Shown here piece by piece: positions 22,345-31,858 of a stretch of DNA of 64,000 nucleotides; positions within the stretch are counted from its first letter, which is position 1; every line of letters starts with the position of its first letter. The stretch spans positions 2,883 to 66,882 of the forward strand of contig CAJYLV010000052.1 in the NCBI GenBank assembly GCA_913776255.1, given 5' to 3'. The DNA comes from an uncultured Sphingomonas sp. GTDB lineage: Bacteria > Pseudomonadota > Alphaproteobacteria > Sphingomonadales > Sphingomonadaceae. The notes under the pieces were generated by a model that had not been told where the DNA came from, did not search any database, and worked only from the letters and a program-made list of their open reading frames with translations. The translations under genes were made by a program, and so were the position numbers.

Positions 22345-23532
22345 TCAGTTCATCAGTTCGACCGCCATCGCGACGCCTTCGCCGCCGCCGATGCACAACG
22401 AGGCGACGCCGCGCTTCTGCCCGGTGGTCTGCAAACCGCCGAGCAGCGTCGCGAGGATGCGCGCGCCCGATGCGCCGATCGGATGGCCCAGCGCGCAGGC
22501 GCCGCCGTTGATGTTGAGCTTCTCGTGGTCGAGCGCGAGTTCCTGCATCGCGACCATCGCGACGCAGGCGAACGCCTCGTTGACTTCCCACAGGTCAACG
22601 TCGCCGACCGACCAGCCGGCCTTTTCCAGCGCCTTGCGCATCGCGGGCACCGGGGCGGTGGTGAAGCGCGCCGGGGCGTGCGCATGCGCGGCATGGCTGA
22701 CGATCCGCGCGACCGGCGCGATGCCGAGCTTCTCGGCGACCGACAGCCGGGTCAGCACCAGCGCCGCGGCACCGTCCGAGATCGACGAGGCATTGGCGGC
22801 GGTGACGGTGCCGTCCTTCGTGAAGGCGGGGCGCAGCGTCGGGATCTTGGCGGGATCGCTCTTGCTCGGCTGCTCGTCGGCCAACACGGTGGTGGTGCCC
22901 TTGCGGCCCTTCACCTCGACCGCGACGATCTCGCGCTCGAACGCGCCCGACGCCTGCGCCTTCTGCGCGCGGGTCAGCGAGGCGATCGCGAATTCATCCT
23001 GCGCCTCGCGCGTGAACTGATATTCGCGCGCGGTATCCTCGGCGAACACGCCCATCGCGGTGCCCGGCTGATAGGCGTCCTCGAGCCCGTCGAGCGCCAT
23101 GTGATCGAACAGCCGGTCGTGCCCGAAGCGCGCGCCGCCGCGATGCGCCTTGGACAGATAAGGCGCGTTGGTCATGCTCTCCATGCCGCCCGCGACCAGC
23201 AGGTCGATCGAGCCAGCGCCGAGCGCCTCGGCACCGAGGATCGCGGCCTGCATCCCCGAGCCGCAGACCTTGTTGAGCGTCGTCGCCTCGACATGCTCGC
23301 CGAGCCCGGCGCCAATCGCGGCCTGCCGCGCCGGGGCCTGGCCGACGCCCGCCGAGAGGACGTTGCCCATGTAGATGCGCTCGATGGCGGCGGCGTCGAC
23401 CCCGGCGCGCTCGACCGCGGCCTTCACCGCGGCGGCGCCCAGCTCGCTGGCCGACAGCGCGGCGAGGCTGCCCTGCATCGAGCCCATCGGGGTGCGCGCA
23501 TAGGACAGGATGACGATGGGATCGGTAGCCAT
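22345..23532 (-). CDS. Acetyl-CoA C-acyltransferase (thiolase)
   Basis: NKVCGSG, NEAFA, GHPIGASG, CIGGGEG. Confidence 0.95.
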   Translation of the reverse strand: MATDPIVILSYARTPMGSMQGSLAALSASELGAAAVKAAVERAGVDAAAIERIYMGNVLSAGVGQAPARQAAIGAGLGEHVEATTLNKVCGSGMQAAILGAEALGAGSIDLLVAGGMESMTNAPYLSKAHRGGARFGHDRLFDHMALDGLEDAYQPGTAMGVFAEDTAREYQFTREAQDEFAIASLTRAQKAQASGAFEREIVAVEVKGRKGTTTVLADEQPSKSDPAKIPTLRPAFTKDGTVTAANASSISDGAAALVLTRLSVAEKLGIAPVARIVSHAAHAHAPARFTTAPVPAMRKALEKAGWSVGDVDLWEVNEAFACVAMVAMQELALDHEKLNINGGACALGHPIGASGARILATLLGGLQTTGQKRGVASLCIGGGEGVAMAVELMN

Positions 23533-23610
23533 GATTTCGCGGTTCCTCGCTTGATCTCGATCGGCATGTAAGCGCTCGTCCGGCAGCGCGCAAACCACTA
23601 GGCCAGCTTT

Positions 23611-23859
23611 ATGCAAGGTCTTGCCGACGCGCTGAAATGGTATGCGGCGCTGAGCGGGATCGCGGCGGCGTTCATGGTCTCGCTCGACAACGGCCGGCGC
23701 GTGACCGGCTGGGGCATGGCGATCTTCGTCACGTCCTCGGTGGCGTGGATCACCGGCGCGTGGCTCACCGGCGATGAACCGCTCGGCGTGCAGAACGGCG
23801 TGCTGCTCGGCATCAACAGTTTCGGCGTGTATCGATACCTGATTCGCAAGCAGGGCTGA
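23611..23859 (+). CDS. Small membrane protein
   Basis: 82 aa, three hydrophobic segments, LLGINSFGVYRYL end. Confidence 0.7.
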   Translation: MQGLADALKWYAALSGIAAAFMVSLDNGRRVTGWGMAIFVTSSVAWITGAWLTGDEPLGVQNGVLLGINSFGVYRYLIRKQG

Positions 23860-23867
23860 GACGGTGG

Positions 23868-24605
23868 ATGTGGGTGCTGGGATTGGGCGTGCTGGGCGCC
23901 GTCGTCGGCAGCTTCCTCGCGACGATCGCGCTCCGCTGGCCGCAGGAGCGATCGGTCGTCCACGGACGGTCGGCGTGCGACGGGTGCGGGCGGACGCTGC
24001 GCGCGCATGAACTGATCCCGCTCCTGTCGTGGCTCGGCGCGCGCGGACGCTGCCGGACGTGCGGGGCACGCATCGACCCGCTCCATCCGCTGATCGAGGC
24101 CGGCTGTGCCGCGATCGGCGTGGCGGCGGCGCTGGTCGCGCCCGGGCCGACGGCGCTGGCCGGCGCGGGGTTCGGCTGGCTGTTGCTGGTGCTGGCGGTG
24201 ATGGACGCGCGTGACTTCTGGCTGCCCGACCCGCTGGTCGCGGCGCTGGCATTGGTCGCGGCGGCCGGGGTGTGGGTCGTGCCGCCGGCGCCCGACGAGC
24301 GCCTGATCGGCGGGGCAGGCGGGTTCGCGGTGCTGTGGCTGATCGGTGCCGGCTATCGCCGGTGGCGCGGCCGCGAGGGGCTGGGCGGGGGGGACCCGAA
24401 ACTGTTCGGCGCGATCGGGCTCGCGCTGGGCTGGCGGATGCTGCCGGCGGTGCTGCTGGTCGCGGGGCTGGTTGGACTCGGCTGGGTGGTGTTCCAGCGG
24501 CGGCGCGGGCGGGCGGTCGCGGCCGACGACCCGCTGCCGCTCGGCACGCTACTGGCGATCGCGGCTTACCCGGCGTGGCTGCTCATGATAGGCATGACGG
24601 CATGA
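23868..24605 (+). CDS. Prepilin peptidase (A24 family, PilD-like)
   Basis: GSFL, RSACDGC, LIPLLSW...GRCRTC, MDARDFWLPD, GLGGGDPKL. Confidence 0.9.
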   Translation: MWVLGLGVLGAVVGSFLATIALRWPQERSVVHGRSACDGCGRTLRAHELIPLLSWLGARGRCRTCGARIDPLHPLIEAGCAAIGVAAALVAPGPTALAGAGFGWLLLVLAVMDARDFWLPDPLVAALALVAAAGVWVVPPAPDERLIGGAGGFAVLWLIGAGYRRWRGREGLGGGDPKLFGAIGLALGWRMLPAVLLVAGLVGLGWVVFQRRRGRAVAADDPLPLGTLLAIAAYPAWLLMIGMTA

Positions 24606-25033
24606 AGTTCGCGTTTCTGCTGCTCGCGGCGCAGGCGGCCGCGCCGTCCTCCGGCATTGACGGGCTGCCGATCGGCCCGCTGCCGCAACAGGCGCTGCCG
24701 GCGCGTGGCTGTGCGGCCTATCTGTTCTCGACCGGCACGACCCGGACGCTGGCGACAATGGTGACCGCCGATCCGGGAACGTTGCGACTGTCGCTCGATG
24801 GCAAGGTCATCGACCTGCCGCGTACCGGGGCGACGGGCACCGCATCGCTCGGGCTTAACGCGGAGAGCGTCTATCGCACTGGCGACGTGGTGGCGACGGT
24901 GCAGATGACGGTGGAACTGCGGCAGAACCTGACCGCGGGCGCTGCGGTGCCGGTGGCGACGCTGCGGCTGGATCGCGAGGGGCGCGATACCCTGGTGGTG
25001 CCGCTCGCCGGGCTGGTCGGCTGCGCGGGGTAG
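24602..25033 (+). CDS. Exported hypothetical protein
   Basis: ATGA overlap with the peptidase gene, signal-like N-terminus, GCAAYLF and terminal GLVGC. Confidence 0.7.
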   Translation: MKFAFLLLAAQAAAPSSGIDGLPIGPLPQQALPARGCAAYLFSTGTTRTLATMVTADPGTLRLSLDGKVIDLPRTGATGTASLGLNAESVYRTGDVVATVQMTVELRQNLTAGAAVPVATLRLDREGRDTLVVPLAGLVGCAG

Positions 25034-25043
25034 CGTGAACAGG

Positions 25044-25075
25044 AAAGCGCCCGGCGGAACGTGTCCACCGGGCGC
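25044..25075 (-). terminator. Intrinsic terminator
   Basis: gcgcccgg...ccgggcgc stem with T-run on the minus strand, between convergent genes. Confidence 0.55.
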
Positions 25076-25088
25076 CACCTTGCTCAGC

Positions 25089-25247
25089 TCAATGCGAGGA
25101 GGTGATTTCCTCCTTCAACCGCAATTTCTGCTTCTTCAGGTCCGCAAGCACGATCGTATCGGGCACGGGACGTTGCGACTCGGCGGCAATCCGCTGGTCG
25201 ATCGTCGCATGCTTGGCCTCGAGGGCCGAGATGTGCGCGGTCTGCAT
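25089..25247 (-). CDS. YdcH/DUF465 family protein
   Basis: LEAKHATIDQRI...RPVPD...LKKQKLRLKEEI; AAGGAG RBS. Confidence 0.85.
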   Translation of the reverse strand: MQTAHISALEAKHATIDQRIAAESQRPVPDTIVLADLKKQKLRLKEEITSSH

Positions 25248-25399
25248 GGCAGTCTCCTTCGTGGTTGAGAGGGAAAGGAAAGAAATCACGAAATGGGACA
25301 GATGTCCCGCGACTTTTGCTTGCGCGCGATCATCTGCGACTTTCGTACGACAGGATGCGGCGGCTATGCAGGCGCGACTCGGGGTCGGGAGTGCGGGCG

Positions 25400-25609
25400 A
25401 TGAACGACGTTGGCGGTGAGGCGGACGTGACGGCGCGGCTGGAGATGCTGCGCGTCGAGCACCGCGACCTCGACGCCGCGATCGGCGCGCTGGCCGAGGG
25501 CGGCGCGTCCGACCAGTTGCAGCTGATGCGGCTGAAGAAGCGCAAGCTGCGGCTGCGCGACGAGATCGCGCTGCTGGAGGATCAGATGATCCCCGACATC
25601 ATCGCCTGA
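25400..25609 (+). CDS. YdcH/DUF465 family protein
   Basis: EHRDLDAAI...RLKKRKLRLRDEI...PDIIA. Confidence 0.88.
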   Translation: MNDVGGEADVTARLEMLRVEHRDLDAAIGALAEGGASDQLQLMRLKKRKLRLRDEIALLEDQMIPDIIA

Positions 25610-25717
25610 CCCGGTCGGCAAAAACGGCGCATTTCGGGACGGTTCGGCGCTGCGCCGGCCGGGAAACGTGATGAACGCGCTTGGCGGCCGCGGCGCGGTC
25701 GTGGCAAGGACGCGGAC

Positions 25718-26179
25718 ATGGCCGACCACGCCCATGATCCTCGCCTGCACCGCCGCCTGATCGACGCCTTCTACACCGAGGCGATGGTGCTGGCCGACGA
25801 GGCGCGGCATTATTTCGACGAGGGCGGGCGGATCGAACGCGAGGCGCTGCCGCCGATGGAGCGCGTCGCGTTCAGCTGCGAATCGCTCAAGGTGACGACG
25901 CGGCTGATGCACGTCATCGCCTGGCTGCTCACGCAGCGGGCGATCGCGGCGGGGGAGCTGCCGGCGACGCAGGCACTCGACCCCTCGCGGCGGCTGGGGA
26001 CGGCGCCGAGCAGCGATGCGGAGATGCTGGCGCGGTTCCCGTCGCAGGCGCGCGGGCTGATCGACAGCAGCGTCGACCTGCACCGGCGCGTCGCGCTGCT
26101 CGATGCCGCGCACGCCGGCGAGATGCCGGTGGTGAGCCCGGCGCGATCGATGCTCGATCGGCTGGCGACCGCTTTCTAG
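25718..26179 (+). CDS. DUF1465 family protein (RcdA-like)
   Basis: EAMVLADEARHYFD...SCESLKVTTRLMHVIAWLL. Confidence 0.85.
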   Translation: MADHAHDPRLHRRLIDAFYTEAMVLADEARHYFDEGGRIEREALPPMERVAFSCESLKVTTRLMHVIAWLLTQRAIAAGELPATQALDPSRRLGTAPSSDAEMLARFPSQARGLIDSSVDLHRRVALLDAAHAGEMPVVSPARSMLDRLATAF

Positions 26180-26201
26180 GCGGGGAGCGCCGACCCTTCG
26201 G

Positions 26202-27158
26202 CTATCGTCCCAGCAGCCGCTCACGGGCGGCACGATATTCGTCCGCCAGTTGCCGGACGCGCGCCGCGGCGGGGACGATCGTGTCGATCGCGCCGATCCC
26301 CTGACCCGAACCCCAGATGTCGCGCCACGCCTTGGCCGCGCCACCCGAGGCGAAGCTCATCGTCTTGAGATCGCCCTGCGGGAGATCGTCGGGGTCGAGC
26401 CCGGCGGCGACGATCGACGCGCGCAGGTAATTGCCGTGCACGCCGGTGAACAGGTCCGAATAGACGATGTCGGCGGCGCGCCCATCGACGATCGCCTGCT
26501 TGTAGCGCGCGTCGGCATTCGCCTCGTCGGTGGCGATGAAGGCCGAGCCGATATAGGCGAAGTCCGCCCCCATCGCTTGCGCCGCCAGCACCGCGTCGCC
26601 GCTGGCGATCGCCCCCGACAGCGCGAGCGGCCCGTCGAACCAGCTGCGAATCTCCTGCACGAGCGCGAAGGGAGAAAGGCGGCCGGCATGGCCACCCGCG
26701 CCCGCCGCGACCGCGATCAGCCCGTCGGCGCCTTTCTCGACCGCCTTGCGCGCGAAGCGATCGTCGATGACGTCGTGGAGCGTGATCCCGCCCCAGGCGT
26801 GCACCGCCTGGTTGAGTTCCTCGCGCGCGCCCAGCGAGGTGATCGTGATCGGCACCTTCCATTTGGCGCAGACCGCGAGATCGGCCTCCAGCCGGTCGTT
26901 GGACTTGTGGACGATCTGGTTGACCGCGAACGGCGCGGCCGGCGCTTCGGGATGGGCGCGATCGTGCGCGGCGAGTTCCTCGGTGATGCGGTGCAGCCAT
27001 TCGTCGAGCAGCGCCGCGGGCCGCGCGTTGAGCGCCGGGAACGACCCGACGATCCCGGCCTTGCACTGCGCGATCACCAGATCCGGGTTGGAGATGATGA
27101 ACAGCGGCGACCCGATCACGGGAAGACGCAGGCGCGACAGGAGCGGGGGGATCGACAT
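26202..27158 (-). CDS. Nitronate monooxygenase family flavoprotein
   Basis: SPLFIIS, SFPALNAR, AGAGGHAG, AWRDIWGSGQG. Confidence 0.9.
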   Translation of the reverse strand: MSIPPLLSRLRLPVIGSPLFIISNPDLVIAQCKAGIVGSFPALNARPAALLDEWLHRITEELAAHDRAHPEAPAAPFAVNQIVHKSNDRLEADLAVCAKWKVPITITSLGAREELNQAVHAWGGITLHDVIDDRFARKAVEKGADGLIAVAAGAGGHAGRLSPFALVQEIRSWFDGPLALSGAIASGDAVLAAQAMGADFAYIGSAFIATDEANADARYKQAIVDGRAADIVYSDLFTGVHGNYLRASIVAAGLDPDDLPQGDLKTMSFASGGAAKAWRDIWGSGQGIGAIDTIVPAAARVRQLADEYRAARERLLGR

Positions 27159-27233
27159 GAGCGGGGTTATGTGGGGCGGGCAAAGGCGTGGCAAGATTGA
27201 CGCAACGTCAGGCGGCACGGGTTTTTTCGACGC

Positions 27234-27478
27234 CGTCATTTCCGCTGAGGCGGGAGTCCGGAAACGCTGACGTTGTGGCCTGCGCGTCCTGATCCCCGCC
27301 TGCGGGAGACCTCTGCAAAAGCCCTGCTTGCACCCCGGCGAAGGCCGGGGCCCAGTTGGGGGAGGCTTGTAACCAGCTGAAGTACCTTCCCGACTGGACC
27401 CCGGCCTCCGCCGGGGTACGGCTTAGATCAGGGCATGGTCCCGCACCCTCGCGGAGGTCTCGCCTGCGCAGGGATGAC
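27234..27478. repeat. Nested palindromic repeat complex: outer CGTC repeat interrupted by an insert that carries an inner hairpin repeat
   Basis: Outer cgtcatttccgc...gcagggatgac; inner ccccggcgaaggccgggg...ccccggcctccgccgggg (27332-27417). Confidence 0.75.
27306..27461. mobile_element. Putative MITE with IS-like terminal inverted repeats
   Basis: Left end GAGACCTCTGCAAA, right end reverse complement GAGACCTCCGCGAG; flanked by gcctgcgg and gcctgcgc. Confidence 0.55.
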
Positions 27479-27485
27479 AGAACGC

Positions 27486-28010
27486 CTACTCAACCCGCTC
27501 CAGCCCCTCGGCCGCGGCGCGCGCATTCTCCACATAATGCGCCGCCGACAGGCGCAGCCCAGCTACCGTCGCGTCGTCCAGCTCGCGCACCACCCGCGCA
27601 GGGCTGCCGACGATCAGCGAGCGCGGCGGGAAGACCTTGCCCTCGGTAACCAGCGCGCCGGCCCCGACGATACAGTCCGCGCCGATCACCGCGCGGTTGA
27701 GGACGATCGCGCCCATGCCGATCAGCACGCGGTCGCCGAGCGTGCAGCCGTGGAGCACCGCATGATGGCCGATCGTGCAGTCGCTACCGATCGTCAGCGG
27801 GGTGCCGGGATCGGAATGGAGCATCGCGCCCTCCTGCACGTTGCTGCGCGCGCCGACCGTGATCGTGGTGTTGTCCCCGCGGATCACCGCGCCGAACCAT
27901 ACGCCGACCTCCTCGCCGAGCACGACGTCGCCGATCACGTCGGCGCTGGGCGCGACCCAGGCGGAAGGGGCGGGGGTCGGGCGCTGACCCTTGAAGGCAT
28001 AGAGCGGCAT
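27486..28010 (-). CDS. Gamma carbonic anhydrase family protein
   Basis: Hexapeptide repeats, RGDN, NVQEG..H, TIGH..LHGC. Confidence 0.92.
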   Translation of the reverse strand: MPLYAFKGQRPTPAPSAWVAPSADVIGDVVLGEEVGVWFGAVIRGDNTTITVGARSNVQEGAMLHSDPGTPLTIGSDCTIGHHAVLHGCTLGDRVLIGMGAIVLNRAVIGADCIVGAGALVTEGKVFPPRSLIVGSPARVVRELDDATVAGLRLSAAHYVENARAAAEGLERVE

Positions 28011-28074
28011 CGCTTCTCTCCCTGCTGTCCCGCCGCGACACAGGCGCGCGTGCGGTCGATGGTAGCCGAAATCG

Positions 28075-28089
28075 TAAACGGCGCGTTAA
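28075..28089. promoter_or_regulatory. CtrA-box-like site
   Basis: Minus strand TTAA-CGCGCCG-TTTA, one mismatch to TTAA-N7-TTAA. Confidence 0.45.
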
Positions 28090-28098
28090 GACCTGGCT

Positions 28099-28266
28099 AT
28101 GCAACGCCGACTGGTCCTGACGAACGAGGGTGCGGGACACCCTTTCCGCCGCACCCTGCCGCCGCCCCCCGCCATGCCGACGGCGCAGGCGGGGGACAAT
28201 GACGTGCGACTGTTCGTGCTCAGCTTCGCCGCCTTCTTCATCAGCTTCTCGACGATGATCTTCTGA
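28099..28266 (+). CDS. 55-aa small protein with a C-terminal hydrophobic tail (not in the ORF track)
   Basis: MQRRLVLTNEGAGHPFRRTLPPPPAMPTAQAGDNDVRLFVLSFAAFFISFSTMIF; fills the intergenic gap and has GC3-rich codons. Confidence 0.65.
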   Translation: MQRRLVLTNEGAGHPFRRTLPPPPAMPTAQAGDNDVRLFVLSFAAFFISFSTMIF

Positions 28267-28270
28267 TCGG

Positions 28271-29566
28271 TCAGTCGCAGGCGCGATGTAGCCGCTGCGC
28301 GATCATTGCCGAGATCACGCACATCCCGACGACGACCAGCAACAGCTGCGACGGGGTGACACCCAGCGCGGTGATCCCCGCCACCGCGATCGATCCGAAC
28401 GTCATCGCCCCGGCGTTGACGACATTATTCGCGGCGACCGTGCGCGCGGTATGGTCCTTGGTCACGGTGGTGGTCAGGAAGGCATAGAGCGGCACCACGA
28501 ACATCCCGCCGAAGATCGCGACGCCGAGCAGCGCGAGCAGCACCGGCACCGCATGCGGTTGCCGGATGAAGCTGGCCATATCGAACAGCTGTCCCTCGGG
28601 CGCCGGGGTCCACAGCCCGACGATCCACCAGAAGCCGAGCACCGCCAGCCCCATCGCGATCACCGAGGCGGGGGAGAAACGCGCCGAAATCTGCCCGCGC
28701 AGCATCAGGTTGATGACCACCGACCCGATCGCGACACCGATCGAAAAGACCGCGAGCACGAGGCTGGCGACGCTGGCGTCGGCGGTCAGCACGTTCTTCA
28801 CCAGCGGCGGAAAGACGATGATGAGCACCGAGCCGATCGTCCAGAAGAAGCTGATCGCGCAGATCGCGAGGAACAGGCGCGGGATGTGCATCGTCTCGGC
28901 GATCAGCCGCCACGAGGCGCGGACCGGATTATAGTCGAGCACCAGCTTCGGCCCGAGCCGCGGCGCGGGCGGCACCGCGCGCGCGGTCAGCCAGCCGAGC
29001 AGCGCGACCGCGAGCGTCAGCACCGTCACCAGCAACGGCGAGCGATAGACGAACCCGGCGAGGATCGTGCCGAGCAGGATCGACAGGTACGTGCCGGCCT
29101 CGACCAGTCCGGTGCCGCCGAGCACGTCCTCCTCGTCGAGATGCTGCGGCAGGATCGCATATTTGATCGGGCCGAAGAACGTCGAGTGGATGCCGAGCCC
29201 GGTGACCGCGGCGAGCATCAGCACCAGCGGCAGCGTCACCGCACCGGTCCGCGCCAGCATCAGCCCCCCGCCGCCGACCGCCATGATCGCGATCTCGACC
29301 GTCTTCACCAGCCGGATGATCCGCGCCTTGTCGCTCGAATCGGCGAGTTGTCCCGATAGTGCCGACAGCACGAAGAAGGGGAGGATGAACAGCGCCGCGG
29401 TCAGCGCGTTGAAGAAGCTCTCCTGCGTCTCGTCAGCGAAGATCTCATAGGTGGCGAACAGCACCATCGAGGTCTTGAAGAGATTGTCGTTGAAGGCACC
29501 GAGAAATTGCGTGGTGAACAGCGGCAGGAACCGCCGCCGTTTAAGAAGCCCGAGGGCATTGATCAT
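28271..29566 (-). CDS. MFS transporter, LplT/Aas-associated type
   Basis: RRFLPLFTTQFLGAFNDNLFK, FFGPIKYAILPQHL, VVPLYAFL, AANNVVNA. Confidence 0.88.
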   Translation of the reverse strand: MINALGLLKRRRFLPLFTTQFLGAFNDNLFKTSMVLFATYEIFADETQESFFNALTAALFILPFFVLSALSGQLADSSDKARIIRLVKTVEIAIMAVGGGGLMLARTGAVTLPLVLMLAAVTGLGIHSTFFGPIKYAILPQHLDEEDVLGGTGLVEAGTYLSILLGTILAGFVYRSPLLVTVLTLAVALLGWLTARAVPPAPRLGPKLVLDYNPVRASWRLIAETMHIPRLFLAICAISFFWTIGSVLIIVFPPLVKNVLTADASVASLVLAVFSIGVAIGSVVINLMLRGQISARFSPASVIAMGLAVLGFWWIVGLWTPAPEGQLFDMASFIRQPHAVPVLLALLGVAIFGGMFVVPLYAFLTTTVTKDHTARTVAANNVVNAGAMTFGSIAVAGITALGVTPSQLLLVVVGMCVISAMIAQRLHRACD

Positions 29567-29694
29567 GACGCGGGACCCGGCCCCCGGATTGTTGGCAATT
29601 GACCGAGCCATAGCCGCTGCCCCGCTGCGATCCAACGGCGATTTTCGGTCGACAGGCGCTTGCGCTGCCCGCCGCACGGGTCCACGTCGCACCC

Positions 29695-30261
29695 ATGCTG
29701 TCCCTGCCCAACATCCTGACGCTGTCGCGGATCGTCGCAGTGCCGCTGCTCGTGGCGTTCCTCTGGTGGCCGAGCTGGCGGTTCGGCTTCGGGGTCGCGT
29801 TCGCGCTCTACTGCCTGATGGGGATCACCGATTATTTCGACGGCTATCTGGCGCGCGCGCAGGGGACGGTGTCGAAGCTGGGCGTGTTCCTCGATCCGAT
29901 CGCCGACAAGATCATGGTCGCGGCGGTGATCCTGATGCTGGTCGGCACGCGGCACGACGATGTCGCGGCGATCACCGGCGTGCATATCATCGCCGCATTG
30001 GTGATCCTGTTGCGCGAGATCGCGGTCAGCGGCTTGCGCGAGTTTCTTGCCGGGTTGCAGGTGTCGCTGCCGGTGTCGCGGCTGGCGAAGTGGAAGACGA
30101 CGTTGCAGCTCGTCTCGCTGGGCGGGCTGATCCTGTCCGGCGCGCTGCCCGGCGAGGCGTGGATCAAGGTCGCGAGCCTCGCCAGCCTGTGGGGCGCGGC
30201 GGCGCTGACGATCGTGACCGGCTGGGATTATTTGCGGGTCGGCCTGAAGCATATGGATTGA
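29695..30261 (+). CDS. pgsA: CDP-diacylglycerol--glycerol-3-phosphate 3-phosphatidyltransferase
   Basis: PNILTLSR, TDYFDGYLAR...G.FLDPIADK, REIAVSGLRE. Confidence 0.95.
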   Translation: MLSLPNILTLSRIVAVPLLVAFLWWPSWRFGFGVAFALYCLMGITDYFDGYLARAQGTVSKLGVFLDPIADKIMVAAVILMLVGTRHDDVAAITGVHIIAALVILLREIAVSGLREFLAGLQVSLPVSRLAKWKTTLQLVSLGGLILSGALPGEAWIKVASLASLWGAAALTIVTGWDYLRVGLKHMD

Positions 30262-30268
30262 ACCTCGT

Positions 30269-30388
30269 CCGTTCGCTTCGAGCCGCCGTCGAGCGAAGTC
30301 GAGGCGGCATGTCGAGAAGGTGTCGCATGGGACAACTTCTCGACGGACGGGTTCTCGACTACGCTCGAACCCTGCTCGAGGCGAACGG
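30269..30388. repeat. Palindromic REP-like element (CCGTTCG...CGAACGG class)
   Basis: ccgttcgcttcgagc ... gctcgaggcgaacgg with inner gtcgagaag/cttctcgac. Confidence 0.75.
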
Positions 30389-30403
30389 GGTAATAGGAAG
30401 ACG

Positions 30404-30655
30404 ATGAGACTTTTGTATTTCGCCTGGGTGCGTGAACGGATCGGCCTCGCCGAGGAAGACGTGACGCCGCCCGCGGACGTCGCGACCGTCGAAGCCCTCG
30501 TCGCGTGGCTCGCCGCGCGCAGTCCGGGCCATGCCGCCGCCTTCGCCGATCCGGCGCGGTTGCGCGCGGCGGTCGATCAGGCGTTCGTGCCGCTCGACAC
30601 GCCGATCGCGGATGCGCGCGAGGTGGCGATCTTCCCGCCGGTGACGGGCGGATGA
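30404..30655 (+). CDS. moaD: Molybdopterin synthase sulfur carrier subunit
   Basis: LYFAWVRERIG...EVAIFPPVTGG. Confidence 0.95.
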   Translation: MRLLYFAWVRERIGLAEEDVTPPADVATVEALVAWLAARSPGHAAAFADPARLRAAVDQAFVPLDTPIADAREVAIFPPVTGG

Positions 30656-31083
30656 TCCGCGTCCTCGTGTCGCGCGACGCGATCGACATCGCTGCCGAAT
30701 TCGCGCGGCTGGAGCAGGGCGGGGCGGTCGCGACCTTCACCGGGCTGGTGCGCGCGGATGACGGCGTCGCGACGCTGGAGCTGGAGCATTATCCCGGCGC
30801 GACCGAGGCGGCGCTCGCCCGGCTCGCCGAGGACGCGACCGCCCGCTGGTCGCTGGCCGCGGCGACGATCGTCCACCGCGTCGGCCCGATGATGCCGAGC
30901 GAGCGGATCGTGTTCGTCGGCACCTGTTCGGCGCACCGCGCGGCGGCGCTCGACGCCTGCGCGTTCCTGATCGACCGGCTCAAGACCGACGCGCCGTTCT
31001 GGAAGTGCGAGACGGTGGACGGTGCCGCGCGCTGGGTGGAAGCGCGCGCCGCCGACGACGACGCGGCGGCGCGCTGGTCCTGA
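30652..31083 (+). CDS. moaE: Molybdopterin synthase catalytic subunit
   Basis: GAVATFTGLVR, LEHYPG, HRVG, LKTDAPFWK. Confidence 0.95.
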   Translation: MIRVLVSRDAIDIAAEFARLEQGGAVATFTGLVRADDGVATLELEHYPGATEAALARLAEDATARWSLAAATIVHRVGPMMPSERIVFVGTCSAHRAAALDACAFLIDRLKTDAPFWKCETVDGAARWVEARAADDDAAARWS

Positions 31084-31758
31084 TTACCGCGGCAACTGCC
31101 AGCGGACGCGGTCGTTGAAGGTCGCGGCGATCGGCGTCCCGGCATCGTCGCGCGCGGGCGTGAAGCGCGCGCGACGCTGATAGAGCCGGCACGTCGCCTG
31201 ATCGAGCGAGGCATGACCGCTCGGCGCGGTCACCGTACAGGATTCGACCCGGCCGTCGGCGCCGATCCGCATCGAGATGCCGACCACGCCTTCCTCCTCG
31301 GCGCGCAACGCCAAGGGCGGATAATCGTCGGTGCTGATCCAGTCGTTGCGGTTGCCGCGCGCAAGCACGCCGCTCGCCTTGCTGGCTGTCGCGGGCTGCG
31401 CGGGCGGATTGACCGTGACCGTGCCGGTGCCGAAATCGATCGGGGGCATCGGCGGCGTGACGACGACGACAGTGTCGCTGGTGGTCCGGCTGGACACGAC
31501 GGGCGTGACGGTGGTGATGGGCGGCGTCGTGGTGGTGGGTTGATGCGGCGTCACCTTTTCCAGCTTGGGCGGGGTGATGTCGGGCGGTGGGGGCGTTTCG
31601 ACGGGAATGTTGGTGGTGATGAACGGCTTCGACACCGACTGGACGAAGCTGGTCGCCATGCCGCTGATGAAGACGTAGCCGATCAGGCCGTGGATCGCGG
31701 CAACGCCCGCGATCGTGGTGAAGCGCCGTGAATTGTCGATCCGATTTGCATAAGCCAT
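31084..31758 (-). CDS. tonB: Energy transducer TonB
   Basis: N-terminal TM helix with His, Pro/Thr-rich linker, DDYPPLALRAEEEG...SG..SLD.A C-terminal domain. Confidence 0.85.
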   Translation of the reverse strand: MAYANRIDNSRRFTTIAGVAAIHGLIGYVFISGMATSFVQSVSKPFITTNIPVETPPPPDITPPKLEKVTPHQPTTTTPPITTVTPVVSSRTTSDTVVVVTPPMPPIDFGTGTVTVNPPAQPATASKASGVLARGNRNDWISTDDYPPLALRAEEEGVVGISMRIGADGRVESCTVTAPSGHASLDQATCRLYQRRARFTPARDDAGTPIAATFNDRVRWQLPR

Positions 31759-31840
31759 GCGACCAACCTCCCGACCGGAGGCGCCATGACGGGCACGATG
31801 CCCGACGAACGACGAGCTCCAGATCGCGATGCTGCGTCGT

Positions 31841-31858
31841 TTGCGACTGCGCGTCAAT
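31841..31858 (-). promoter_or_regulatory. Possible iron-responsive box upstream of tonB
   Basis: Minus strand ATTGACGCGCAGTCGCAA, 12/18 identical to the 14499 box. Confidence 0.4.

Noticed and set aside
25089-26179. Divergent DUF465 pair plus DUF1465 as a novel system
   Set aside because: To my knowledge a common alphaproteobacterial arrangement; nothing unusual in the sequence
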